A stretch of 64,000 nucleotides of DNA from Pirellulaceae bacterium (GTDB lineage: Bacteria; Planctomycetota; Planctomycetia; Pirellulales; Pirellulaceae): the NCBI GenBank assembly GCA_041740495.1, contig JBGSLW010000345.1:1431-65430 (forward strand), written 5' to 3'. A program made the translations under genes and the position numbers. The stretch's first letter is position 1. Each line of letters opens with the position of its first letter. Positions 1-9,316 of the stretch are shown piece by piece. A model generated the notes under the pieces. It worked only from the letters and a program-made list of their open reading frames with translations, had not been told where the DNA came from and did not search any database.

Positions 1-414
1 GCCGAACCGCAGTGTCAAAGCGCGAGTGGGACGAACGGGGAACGTCGTCGCCGGACGGGCCCGGATGGGGGACGTACCCCATCCCCAGCACGACCAAGAA
101 TACGAACTTGAGCATAGCCACCCACCAGCGGTTGGACGTTGCGTGAACAAGGACCAGGCATCGCCTCAATCCATTCACTCGAATGTTCGAGTCGTCGCCG
201 ATTTTTGCCGGGGGAACGACTCGGAGAGTCGTTCGACGATGTGTCGTTCGACGATGTCAATCCGGATCGAGCCTAGCGCCTTGTCTCGGTATGCATCGGA
301 GACTTTCGCGGCAGGATTCATGAGTTTCTACGGGATCAGGCGGAATCAGTTCGCCGCGAAATTCAAAACCGTGGCAGGTGACCGGTTGTATCGATTACAG
401 CGACCGGGGAGCTG

Positions 415-1074
415 CTAGCAGAGTGCGGCCGACGGCCGCAGGACGTGGACCACAGCGGGAGAATACGATCGGCGACGCCAGCGGTCGGGGTAGGGCAATT
501 GCGCGCCGTCGAACCGCGTATCGGACTCGACGACAAACACGCTTTCGCTCGGCGCCAGATCGATCAGATGCTGCAGCAACCCGATCAGGTCGACCGCCCT
601 TTGCACGTACAGGTCATACGGCGGAGAACAGAAAACCAGCCAAGGGACCGACGTCCCGTAGGGTGGATGCTCGCTGGAAAGCTGCCGGCCCCAGAAAAAC
701 GTGTCCGCCGCAATGACGACGCCGCGAGACTCCAACTGCAATTGCTGCAAGTTCTCTTCGATCAACTGCGCGGTGGGAATGTGTCGTTCGATGAAGATCG
801 CGTGGAGAGCGCCCCGGCTGAGGGCTTCGATTCCCAGCGCGCCGCTTCCGGAAAACAAATCGATTGCCAACCTTCCGGGAACCCAAGCCCCGATCAAGTT
901 GAACACGGCTTCGCGAACATTGTCCTTCATCGGACGGGTTCGCGGATCTCCCGAGTATCGCAATTGGCGTCCGCGGAGTTCCCCGCCGATGATGCGGAGC
1001 GAGTTGGATTGCGCTCGGGTCAGTGCGGGGGATTCAGAATTCGAATCGCGATTGCGGCGGCGGCGGGTGTTCAT
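415..1074 (-). CDS. rsmD: 16S rRNA (guanine966-N2)-methyltransferase RsmD
   Basis: ATG-initiated 219-aa ORF. It has the SAM-binding motif DLFSGSGALGIEALSRGA and a DPPY-type pocket (FCSPPYD). Size and layout are typical of RsmD. Confidence 0.8.
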   Translation of the reverse strand: MNTRRRRNRDSNSESPALTRAQSNSLRIIGGELRGRQLRYSGDPRTRPMKDNVREAVFNLIGAWVPGRLAIDLFSGSGALGIEALSRGALHAIFIERHIPTAQLIEENLQQLQLESRGVVIAADTFFWGRQLSSEHPPYGTSVPWLVFCSPPYDLYVQRAVDLIGLLQHLIDLAPSESVFVVESDTRFDGAQLPYPDRWRRRSYSPAVVHVLRPSAALC

Positions 1075-1342
1075 TCGAGCGTGACGGGGACGATGCGTGG
1101 GTCAAAATGCCCCAACGGGGAACTGGGCCGGTATTGCGCGGCGGGCTGGTATTCTCGACTGCGGTTCGCGAAATCGCAATCGGCGATTTGTTTCGACGCG
1201 GCGCCGGCATCCGTCCGATAGGTGCTTGCCTGCGGATTTGCGGTGTCCAGCGCGACCAGAAACCGATGGCTGGCGGCGGACGACCCATTCTTCAGGAGAC
1301 GGGTATAATGGTTCGTTCGCAGAGAGCAGGCTCGACACGACG

Positions 1343-2548
1343 ATGAGGTGGATACACGTGAAGCAAACGAAACGCCGCTTGAGCGGGTTCGGCCAAGGAC
1401 TCCTGATCGGCTTGATTTGTACCGTTTGTACGGCGAATTGGGCTGCCCCAAGCCACGGGCAACAAACCGACTTATTGGCTCAGTTCGATACGGCGGTCGG
1501 GCAGTGGAAACAGGCGGCCAAAGACGCGATCCTCGCACGGCAACAGTACGTGGTATGTGAACGACACGAGGCCGAACAGATCGCCGCGACTTGGACGAAG
1601 GCCGTGGAGTTGGGGCGAGAGCAATACGACCTGGCGGTCCGTTTGGCCGGGCAGATCGTCGAGCAATCCCCCGAGCAGTTTACGCCCGACGTCGCTTCGT
1701 TGTTGAGCTCGGCGATCACCACCAGTTACGACTCCGGGAACTACGAAACCGCCGCTCAGTTGTCGGACAAGATACTGGCATCGGCGGCGCAAACCCCACC
1801 CAGCATCCTGGGACTGCGCGTGCTCACGGCGTACGCGTTGAACGACTTTGAAAACTGTAAGGTCTTGTTGGAGCGGTACAAGCAGCTGGGCATCCCGCTC
1901 ATGGAACAAATGAAATTGATCGATCAGCACTTGGACGATCTGATCGTGGCATGGCAGCGCGAGCAAGCTTTGCGGGCAGAAGAAGCCGCGCGCGACGACT
2001 TGCCGCGGGTGCGATTGATCTGCGATGTGGACGGCGACAACGAAGTGATTCTGGAGTTATTTGAGGACAGCGCCCCGCGCAATGTCGCCAACTTCCTCTC
2101 GTTGGTCCAACGAGGGTTCTACGATAATTTGACGTTTCACCAGGTACTTACGCACATCGCTGCCATCAGCGGCTCGCCGAACGGCGACGGCGCCGAGGAT
2201 CCTCCCTATCTGGTGCGGGGCGAAGCAGATTCTCCCAATGCCCGGCACTCGTTTCGCGGCGCCGTGGCGATGGCCAGTCTCCGCAACGGGAATTTACACG
2301 GCACGCATTTCTATTTCGCGCTGGCGCCCAGCGTCGATAATTCGGCGGATGCCACGATCATCGGACGGGTGATCTCGGGGATGGATGTGGTCAATCGCCT
2401 CAACATTACCCACGTTTCCAACGACAAGAAGAAGACGTTTGACCGAATCGATGGCGTTCCCGCAACGAAGATCCTCAAAGCCGAAGTCATCCGGGATCGC
2501 GGGCACGACTACCAACCCGAACCGATTGGGGGCGTGCCGGGAGGCTAG
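1343..2548 (+). CDS. secreted cyclophilin-fold protein with long N-terminal helical domain (catalytic motifs degenerate)
   Basis: Internal ATG at 1343 gives a signal-peptide-like start (MRWIHVKQTKRRLSGFGQGLLIGLICTVCTANWAAP). The C-terminal ~170 aa follow the cyclophilin pattern (VILELFEDSAPRNVANFLSLVQRGFYDNLTFHQV). The FHR..GFM.Q.GD and GSQFF motifs instead read FHQVLTHIAAISG and GTHFYF. Confidence 0.7.
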   Translation: MRWIHVKQTKRRLSGFGQGLLIGLICTVCTANWAAPSHGQQTDLLAQFDTAVGQWKQAAKDAILARQQYVVCERHEAEQIAATWTKAVELGREQYDLAVRLAGQIVEQSPEQFTPDVASLLSSAITTSYDSGNYETAAQLSDKILASAAQTPPSILGLRVLTAYALNDFENCKVLLERYKQLGIPLMEQMKLIDQHLDDLIVAWQREQALRAEEAARDDLPRVRLICDVDGDNEVILELFEDSAPRNVANFLSLVQRGFYDNLTFHQVLTHIAAISGSPNGDGAEDPPYLVRGEADSPNARHSFRGAVAMASLRNGNLHGTHFYFALAPSVDNSADATIIGRVISGMDVVNRLNITHVSNDKKKTFDRIDGVPATKILKAEVIRDRGHDYQPEPIGGVPGG

Positions 2549-2785
2549 CTACCGTTTTTTTGGATTCCGTTGCGACCGCAGGAACATTCGCCGATGGCCG
2601 TTGGGCTCGATTTTTGGCGTCCGGCCTGGCGGCAGACTACTGACAAACTCCGCGATAACTGGCAAAATAGTGGATCGGCGAACGGAGACTGCGTGTCGAG
2701 ACGATCGGCGCAAGTTTTCGTTCGGTCGGACCGATCCAATCGACCAACCTTTCGATGTGTGTTTAACGAGTATCGAGCAAGAGAC

Positions 2786-4030
2786 ATGAACAAGTGGAAT
2801 TCGATCATCGGCGCCCTGATCTTTGGGGCGATCGTGTTTGGGGGCGTCGAGTCGCACGCAGGTTGCAGCGGAATTTGGCAGGATACGCCGGCGGACACGG
2901 CGCCGGCAGATTCGGATGCCCCGTCCGCAGACGCCGCGCCTCAGGAAACTCAGGAGACCCCGCCTCCCCAGGATGCAGCGGAAGCGGGAGGCGAGGCCGC
3001 CGCGGAAAAGCCGCAAGAGACTGCAACTCCCCCCGCCGCTGCAGAAACAACGGAGGCGGTTCCGGCGGATGCCGCGGCCGGGGACGACAAATCGTTCGAT
3101 GAGCTGTTGGCGGAATGGCAAAAGACATATGAGCAGCTGGTGACCTTGGAGAAGGCTGCTCGGTCCGACGAAGCGACCGACGAAGCGAAAACGGTCTATA
3201 CCTCGGCGGTCGACCAGGCCTATCAGTTGCTGGACCAGCTGGAAGCGGCCTCGATTGCCGCCATCGCCGCCGACCCGAATAACGAGCGAGCGACGGAGAC
3301 CTTGGTCGGGATCATGCTCAACGCCAGTCGCAAGACCGGCAATGACAGGAAGATCCTGCTGGACGCAGACGGTCTGTTCGCGGCAGCCTCGGCGGAAGCG
3401 ATGCTCGACAAGGCATTGAGCTCCACGCGGATGCAGCCGTATGGGCGCGATTTGTTCAACGAGATCAAAGTCCGCCTCAAAGAAGCGAAAGCGAACGACT
3501 TGCCGCGCGTGAAGCTGGTCACCAGCAAAGGCGAACTCGTCGTGGAGTTGTTCGAGGACCAGGCGCCGAACACTGTCGCGAACTTCATCAGCCTGGTGAA
3601 TTCCGGCAAGTACGCGAACACGCCGTTTCATCGCGTGATCGAGGGCTTCATGGCCCAAACCGGCGACTTTGAAAAGAAAGATGGAACCGGCGGACCGGGG
3701 TACACGATCGCTTGCGAGTGCAGCCGCGAGGATCACCGCACCCACTACACGGGCACGCTGAGCATGGCGCATGGCGGGAAGGATACGGGCGGCTCACAGT
3801 TTTTCATTTGTTTCGGCGCCACCCCGCACTTGGATGGCAGGCATACGGCTTTCGGTCGCGTGGTGAGCGGATTCGATGTATTGGATAGTTTGACGCGAAC
3901 GCACTCGTCCGGCCTGGGAGGAGAGACTCCCATCCCCGGCGTCACCCCCGATACGATTGTTTCCGCCGAAGTCGTTCGCGATCGCGGCCACGAATACAAA
4001 CCCGAAACGACTCCGGACCCCGCGAAGTAG
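2786..4030 (+). CDS. secreted cyclophilin-type peptidyl-prolyl cis-trans isomerase with N-terminal low-complexity/helical domain
   Basis: ATG at 2786 (MNKWNSIIGALIFGAIVFGG, signal/anchor). Canonical cyclophilin motifs are present: FHRVIEGFMAQTGDF, GGSQFFICF and HLDGRHTAFGRVVSG. Confidence 0.85.
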   Translation: MNKWNSIIGALIFGAIVFGGVESHAGCSGIWQDTPADTAPADSDAPSADAAPQETQETPPPQDAAEAGGEAAAEKPQETATPPAAAETTEAVPADAAAGDDKSFDELLAEWQKTYEQLVTLEKAARSDEATDEAKTVYTSAVDQAYQLLDQLEAASIAAIAADPNNERATETLVGIMLNASRKTGNDRKILLDADGLFAAASAEAMLDKALSSTRMQPYGRDLFNEIKVRLKEAKANDLPRVKLVTSKGELVVELFEDQAPNTVANFISLVNSGKYANTPFHRVIEGFMAQTGDFEKKDGTGGPGYTIACECSREDHRTHYTGTLSMAHGGKDTGGSQFFICFGATPHLDGRHTAFGRVVSGFDVLDSLTRTHSSGLGGETPIPGVTPDTIVSAEVVRDRGHEYKPETTPDPAK

Positions 4031-4052
4031 CACCGCTCCCCAGGCCAGCGGC

Positions 4053-4724
4053 ATGACCCAACGTGAACGCGCCGAGTTCATCGCTCGGCGGCTTGAGGAG
4101 CTGTACGGGGATCCGCCGATCCCCCTGCACCATCGCGATCCGTACACGCTGTTGGTGGCGGTGGTGCTCAGCGCACAGTGCACCGATGTCCGCGTCAATC
4201 AGGTGACGAAGCCGCTGTTTGTTCGGGCTCACACGCCCCGACAGATGGCGCGTTTGCCCGTGTCGGAGATTCTGTCGATCATTCGGCCCTGTGGACTCGC
4301 TCCGCGGAAAGCCGCCGCGATATCGCAGCTGTCCCGGATCCTGGTGGAGAAGTATGGTGGTCAAGTCCCGCAATCGTTCGAAGCCCTGGAGGATTTGCCC
4401 GGTGTGGGACACAAGACTGCCAGTGTCGTCATGTCCCAGGCCTTCGGCATCCCAGCGTTTCCGGTCGATACGCATATCCACCGGTTGGCCCGTCGCTGGC
4501 GGCTCTCGTCCGGAAAAAACGTCGTGCAAACCGAAGCCGATTTGAAACGGTTGTTTCCCAGCACGCTGTGGAACCGGCTCCACCTGCAGATCATCTACTA
4601 TGGGCGTGAGCATTGCACGGCTCGCGGTTGCGATGGGACGCGTTGCGAAATCTGCCGGACCTGTAACGCGCGGTCTTCCCGAGCCTCGGGGGACCGGCGG
4701 ACGCCGACCCGGGTTCGACGTTGA
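4053..4724 (+). CDS. nth: endonuclease III (DNA glycosylase/AP lyase)
   Basis: ATG at 4053 (MTQRERAEF). Has the HhH-GPD region LPGVGHKTASVVM and PVDTHIHRLARRW, plus a C-terminal Cys cluster (CTARGCDGTRCEICRTC) for the 4Fe-4S site. Confidence 0.9.
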   Translation: MTQRERAEFIARRLEELYGDPPIPLHHRDPYTLLVAVVLSAQCTDVRVNQVTKPLFVRAHTPRQMARLPVSEILSIIRPCGLAPRKAAAISQLSRILVEKYGGQVPQSFEALEDLPGVGHKTASVVMSQAFGIPAFPVDTHIHRLARRWRLSSGKNVVQTEADLKRLFPSTLWNRLHLQIIYYGREHCTARGCDGTRCEICRTCNARSSRASGDRRTPTRVRR

Positions 4725-4761
4725 TTGCCTCACCGTCGTCCTTTCCCTACGATAAGTGGGC

Positions 4762-6660
4762 ATGACCAGCTCGATCCGATGCCCCGTTTGCGACTTGGAT
4801 TTTCAGCCCGCGCCGTCGGCCCCGGACTCGCATTCGTGCGAATGCCCGTACTGCCGCCATACCTGGGGATCGGCGGAGGCAGCGGCAGCTCGAACCGCCG
4901 CCGCGATCGAATTGCCGATCCGTAAGCCCAAGGCGGTTCAGCCCCGATCGACTGCGGCGACACCGCTGCCGCCCACGGCGCCCCTGCCCGCGGATCCATC
5001 CCCCGTCGCGGAATGGCGAGTCGAGGCGACTTCGCAGCGCCGCGACTCGCATCCCCAACTAACGACGGGGCGGAGCTCTCGGGGTCGCCACGTGCTGTGG
5101 GCTCTCAGTGTTTTTTCTGTCGCCGCCTTGGTGACCTGCGGGTACGTGCTCTACGCCCAATTCGGAGCGCGACGAGATGCTTCGGCCTCGGCGTCGACCT
5201 TGTCGGATTCGGCTGCGAGCGATTCGAGTTCCGCCGGCCAAGCTCGTGGATTGGCGACGAACCCGACCGCGGCCGAACCGACGATCGCAACGAATGCGGA
5301 GAGCGAGCCTGCCCCCACGCCGACCGTGAATGAACTCGATCGGCTTCGATTCCTGGCCAACGATCAGTATCTGTCCCTTTGGAGCAAGCTGTATCCGTAT
5401 CTTGTCGAACTCCGGGTGCATCGCGGAAATGAGACGCGACAAGTTGCGGGGGTGATCGTCGATTCACGGGGCTGGGTCGCGACCAGTTGGACTGCGATTC
5501 GCGACGCCGAATGGATCGAGGTCCGGCCGGCCGCCAAGGCCTTCAATTCCGCACAAGTGACCGGGGAATTGGTCGACGAGTGCCGCGGATTATTGGCCCA
5601 CAACCCGGGGCACGACTTGGCGTTGGTCGCGATCAACCGCCGATTGGTGGGCGGGTTTTCCGCACTCCCGATCGACCGGGGCGAGTTGATCGTGGGGGGG
5701 GATACGTTGATCGGGGCAGCTCCCCCGCCAGAGAAGGAACGAATCTGGCTGTTTGATGCACCGATCCAACAGTCGGCAACGCGAGACCGACTTCCGGCCC
5801 CAATCCAGGGGCGGATCCCATCGCCCGCCGATCCGATCGAATCGTCGGCGGTTTGGCTGATCTGCGGCGGGCCGGCAGATCGACTGCGGCTAGGCGTCCC
5901 GCTTTTCACTCCGCAGGCACAATTGGCGGGGATGCTGGTTGCAGGATCTCAGTCGACCGAAGGGGTGGCGATCACCGCTGCAGCGATCGACCAACTTTGC
6001 CAACAGGCTGGGGAAACCGTGCGTGCATTCCCCTTGCCCGGGAACGGCGGTGGCGCGGAGACCGATACGATGCCGCTGCATGCTGGCGATCCGAGCGCGC
6101 AGGATCCGAGACTGACAGAACTAGAAGCAAGCGCCACTGCGGTTCTTCAGGGTGGCGCGTTCAGCGACCAACCCGAACAATACGAATCCTTTCGGGCGTT
6201 CGCAGAGAATCTGTTGCGCGTGGACCGCGAACTGGGCGAAGCCGATGATTCGGCGGAGGCTCGCCGTGAACTCGATCGCGTCTTGGATCGATTCCAAATT
6301 CAATTGGCGGATCAATGGACTTTAGGACAGTTCAAGGTTGCCGGGTTCAACGCCTTGGCCTGGGATGCGACGACTCTGGACGGAGCGGCGTTCGCGGCGG
6401 TAGGCACGGTCGATCAGGCCGGCATCACCGCCCCCAAAATCAACGGCCGCGAAACGATCGTCTTTCGGTTGGAACCCACCGACCAGCGGTTGATCACGAC
6501 GCTGACACACCACCCCGAAATATTCCTTCCGGGATCTCGTTGGTTGATCGTCGGGGCCAGCCAGTCCGCGGCGCCTGAATTCCACGGTTCGATTCCGATG
6601 CCGTACACGGCGCGGCGCTGCCTGATTACTCGGGTATTTTCGGTGGAGAGCGGGGAATAG
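4762..6660 (+). CDS. hypothetical membrane protein: N-terminal zinc ribbon, one TM helix, degenerate trypsin/HtrA-like domain
   Basis: Long ORF (GTG 4756 / ATG 4762). Has CPVCD...CECPYCRH, the TM segment HVLWALSVFSVAALVTCGYVLY, and a protease-like core (VAGVIVDSRGWVATSW...HDLALVAI...LICGGPA). Confidence 0.6.
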   Translation: MTSSIRCPVCDLDFQPAPSAPDSHSCECPYCRHTWGSAEAAAARTAAAIELPIRKPKAVQPRSTAATPLPPTAPLPADPSPVAEWRVEATSQRRDSHPQLTTGRSSRGRHVLWALSVFSVAALVTCGYVLYAQFGARRDASASASTLSDSAASDSSSAGQARGLATNPTAAEPTIATNAESEPAPTPTVNELDRLRFLANDQYLSLWSKLYPYLVELRVHRGNETRQVAGVIVDSRGWVATSWTAIRDAEWIEVRPAAKAFNSAQVTGELVDECRGLLAHNPGHDLALVAINRRLVGGFSALPIDRGELIVGGDTLIGAAPPPEKERIWLFDAPIQQSATRDRLPAPIQGRIPSPADPIESSAVWLICGGPADRLRLGVPLFTPQAQLAGMLVAGSQSTEGVAITAAAIDQLCQQAGETVRAFPLPGNGGGAETDTMPLHAGDPSAQDPRLTELEASATAVLQGGAFSDQPEQYESFRAFAENLLRVDRELGEADDSAEARRELDRVLDRFQIQLADQWTLGQFKVAGFNALAWDATTLDGAAFAAVGTVDQAGITAPKINGRETIVFRLEPTDQRLITTLTHHPEIFLPGSRWLIVGASQSAAPEFHGSIPMPYTARRCLITRVFSVESGE

Positions 6661-6809
6661 CATCGCGCGGATAGGAACTAGCACGGATCGCAATCGCACC
6701 TGACGCCAAAGGACGCCGTGCCGTTTCCGCTTACGCCATCCCTTGGGGAGAGTGAAAATCGTGTGAGATTCGCCCCGCGGACAACGGCTCAACCTAAAAA
6801 TCGAGGCGA

Positions 6810-7916
6810 TCACAGTCGGTGTGTGGGAACGGGCCGGCCGGGGCGAAAGCTCTGCATTGCCTTGATCTCGGCCGCCGCCTGATATTGGCTGGCAGTGATC
6901 TCGATCGCGCGCGTGGTCAACGCGGCTAACTCCTCCGGATCCAGGGCCACGCGGGCGTTGACGACCAGTTCCGCCTCGCCGGTACGGCAATTCGAGGCCA
7001 ACGAGAGTTGCGGAGGATCGAAGCTGCTGATCAGGTTGACGACGGCGTAATAGCCTTCGTGCATTCCGATGACTTTGAGGTGAGCGGTCTCCGCGCCGCG
7101 GCCCGCCAGATCGTCGCGCATCCGCTCGATCAAACTGAACAAGAGTGCGTCGAGCTCGAAGGGTTGGCGGGCCTGCACGCGGACTTGGGCGTTGAGCCAG
7201 CCGAGTTCTGCTTCGCCTTCCGCATAGACGTCATAGTCGACCTCCATCATGCGGGTTCCGAAGGCTCCGCGTTGGTCCAGAAATTCGTAGAGTGCTTCCA
7301 TTCCCGCACCGGTCTTGGCGGAGACGCGAAGCAGCGGTCGATCGGGAAACTGCGTCTCGATGAGTCCGGTGAGGTCCTCGATTTCCGTCGAGCTCAATTC
7401 GTCGATCCGGTTAAGGATCACGAAGTCCGCTTCCTCGATTTGTTTGCGAAAGATGTACTCGGCTTGAGGGGAAAAGCCGGCGTTACCTCCCCCTCCCAGA
7501 ATTCGCCGACCGTGGCTTGGCTTGACAATCACCCCGTAGGGGGCGATATCGAACGGCTGAGTGTAGACGTGCTGGAGCGGACGGATGACCGTGGCGACCA
7601 GATCTGTGCAACTGCCCACCGGTTCAGCGAGAATCACACTGGGGCGGGCGGCCGCACCGAGACGTTCGACCGTCGCGGTCAGCTCGTTGAAATTGCAACA
7701 GAAGCACGACCCGGCGACTTCCCCCACATCGAAGCCTTGCGCGCGCAGCAAATGCGTATCGACCAGATCGGTCGCTTGATCGTTCGTGACGATCACCACC
7801 CGTTCACCGCGCTGTTGGTACCGAGCTGCCAGCCGCGCGACCGTCGTGGTTTTTCCAGCTCCTAAGAATCCGCCGATCATCAGGAAACGGGGATTATGTT
7901 CGATGGTCGTCATCAT
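6810..7916 (-). CDS. COG0523/CobW-family G3E GTPase (putative metallochaperone)
   Basis: P-loop GGFLGAGKTT, a CxCC-type metal motif (SCFCCN), ~368 aa with a C-terminal CobW_C-like domain. GGAGA lies upstream of the ATG ATG start. Confidence 0.85.
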   Translation of the reverse strand: MMTTIEHNPRFLMIGGFLGAGKTTTVARLAARYQQRGERVVIVTNDQATDLVDTHLLRAQGFDVGEVAGSCFCCNFNELTATVERLGAAARPSVILAEPVGSCTDLVATVIRPLQHVYTQPFDIAPYGVIVKPSHGRRILGGGGNAGFSPQAEYIFRKQIEEADFVILNRIDELSSTEIEDLTGLIETQFPDRPLLRVSAKTGAGMEALYEFLDQRGAFGTRMMEVDYDVYAEGEAELGWLNAQVRVQARQPFELDALLFSLIERMRDDLAGRGAETAHLKVIGMHEGYYAVVNLISSFDPPQLSLASNCRTGEAELVVNARVALDPEELAALTTRAIEITASQYQAAAEIKAMQSFRPGRPVPTHRL

Positions 7917-7933
7917 GAATTCTCCTTCCCAAT

Positions 7934-8106
7934 ATTTCGTTTAACGCCAAGCCGAAGGCGCCGGCTTGCCCTGACCGCCAACCCGAGGGAGCCGGCTTAG
8001 GTCTCCGCGTATTCACCTCATTTCGTTTAACGCCCAGCCGAAGGCGCCGGCTTGCCCTGACCGCCAACCCGAGCGAGCCGGCGCCTTCGGCTTGGCGTTA
8101 AACGAA
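7934..8106. repeat. 86-bp-period direct repeat (2 copies of a ~54-bp core) plus a 31-nt inverted arm forming a long hairpin immediately 3' of the aquaporin gene
   Basis: The core ATTTCGTTTAACGCC(A/C)AGCCGAAGGCGCCGGCTTGCCCTGACCGCCAACCCGAG occurs at 7934-7987 and 8020-8073. Positions 8076-8106 (AGCCGGCGCCTTCGGCTTGGCGTTAAACGAA) are the reverse complement of 7936-7966, and of 8022-8052 with 1 mismatch. Confidence 0.8.
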
Positions 8107-8107
8107 T

Positions 8108-8968
8108 TTATTTGTTATTTGACTCGGACGTTTTTTCGGACGGACTTCCGCGGAGCAGCAGGTAGATCCCGCCGCCGCACCAGGCTCCCGCGATCGGGGC
8201 GGCGACATACACCGTCAACCAGGCCCCGGGCGGTCCCCACGACCAAGGCACGGTTCCCCAACCGGCCAGCGACGAAAATAGTCGCGGGGCCAAGTCGCGT
8301 GCCGGGTTGAAGCCAGCTTGGGTCAGCGGCGCGATCACACAAATCAGCGCCGCAACCGTCAGCCCGATGAACGGCGCCGCTAGATTGGCCAGCGGCCGGC
8401 CCGCGTTGGCCGGATCGGTCACCGCAAAAATCATCAACGCCAAGACTGCCGTCCCCATCGCCTCGGCCAGGATCGCTTGCCACCAACTCACTCGACCCTG
8501 CAGCGCCTCGATCGCGGCAATCGGTACCGGTTCGGTGCTGGTGGCCAGGCCCCCCAAACCCGGAAAATATTCGCCATAGCACATCGCTGTCAGCACACTT
8601 TCCGGTGCGCCGCGGCGAACGCCCAAAGTAGTTTCCCGCTCGGTCAAGAAACTTGCAAACAAACCGAACAAAACCGCGGCGGCGGCAAACGCCCCGGCAA
8701 ATTGTGCGGCAATATAGGGAACGAGCCGACTCGCTGGGAATCGACCCCACGCCGCCAACGCGATACTGACCGCTGGATTCAGGTGTGCTCCGCTGATCGA
8801 ACCGACCGTGTAGATCGCGATCGTAATCCCCAGCCCCCAAACCACCGCGACTTGCCACAGTCCCTGCAGCGCCCCGGTCAGCACGGCGACATGCACCGCA
8901 CCGACGCCGAACAGCACCAGCAGAAACGTTCCGATCGCCTCCGCAAAGCAACACCGCACCAATGGCAT
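8108..8968 (-). CDS. aquaporin / MIP-family channel
   Basis: Both NPA boxes are present (HLNPAVSIA and GFNPARDLA) with six predicted TM segments. ATG at 8968 (MPLVRCCFAEAIGTF) is preceded by GGAG. The ORF is open to a TTG at 9076, so the start is uncertain. Confidence 0.88.
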   Translation of the reverse strand: MPLVRCCFAEAIGTFLLVLFGVGAVHVAVLTGALQGLWQVAVVWGLGITIAIYTVGSISGAHLNPAVSIALAAWGRFPASRLVPYIAAQFAGAFAAAAVLFGLFASFLTERETTLGVRRGAPESVLTAMCYGEYFPGLGGLATSTEPVPIAAIEALQGRVSWWQAILAEAMGTAVLALMIFAVTDPANAGRPLANLAAPFIGLTVAALICVIAPLTQAGFNPARDLAPRLFSSLAGWGTVPWSWGPPGAWLTVYVAAPIAGAWCGGGIYLLLRGSPSEKTSESNNK

Positions 8969-9316
8969 ATGAGACTTGCTCCACTCGAAAACCAGATCGG
9001 CGCCGAAGCCAAACCCGTCACCCACTTCGCCGCGGAAAAGTTGCGCTAAGCTAAGCTTTCTTGCCCCCCGGGTCAAACTGTGGTGGTGATTTCAACGCCG
9101 TGGTGGCGTTCGAATCCGAGAATTTTCGCCAGGTGGTATTGTCGCCGACGCGGAAACACCGAACGTTTCGAAACATGTAACCAACGGATTTCGGATTGGT
9201 GTGCCGATCAATGGACTCGGTTGATCAGGCTCGTGCGATTCCGCGAAACCCCAGCGTGCCCAACGGAATGACTGAAATCTGCCAATTTCGCTCTAATACA
9301 ACGAATAGAGGGGAGA

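Noticed and set aside
26-418. 130-aa plus-strand ORF at the left edge, converging on rsmD
   Set aside because: It has no motif. The N-terminal part is low-complexity, and only the last ~55 codons have coding-like third-position GC. That is insufficient evidence, so it is left uncalled.
8969-9076. 36-aa N-terminal extension of the aquaporin from a TTG start
   Set aside because: An ATG with an upstream GGAG lies at 8968, right before the first TM helix. The extension is possible but not needed, and the start remains uncertain.
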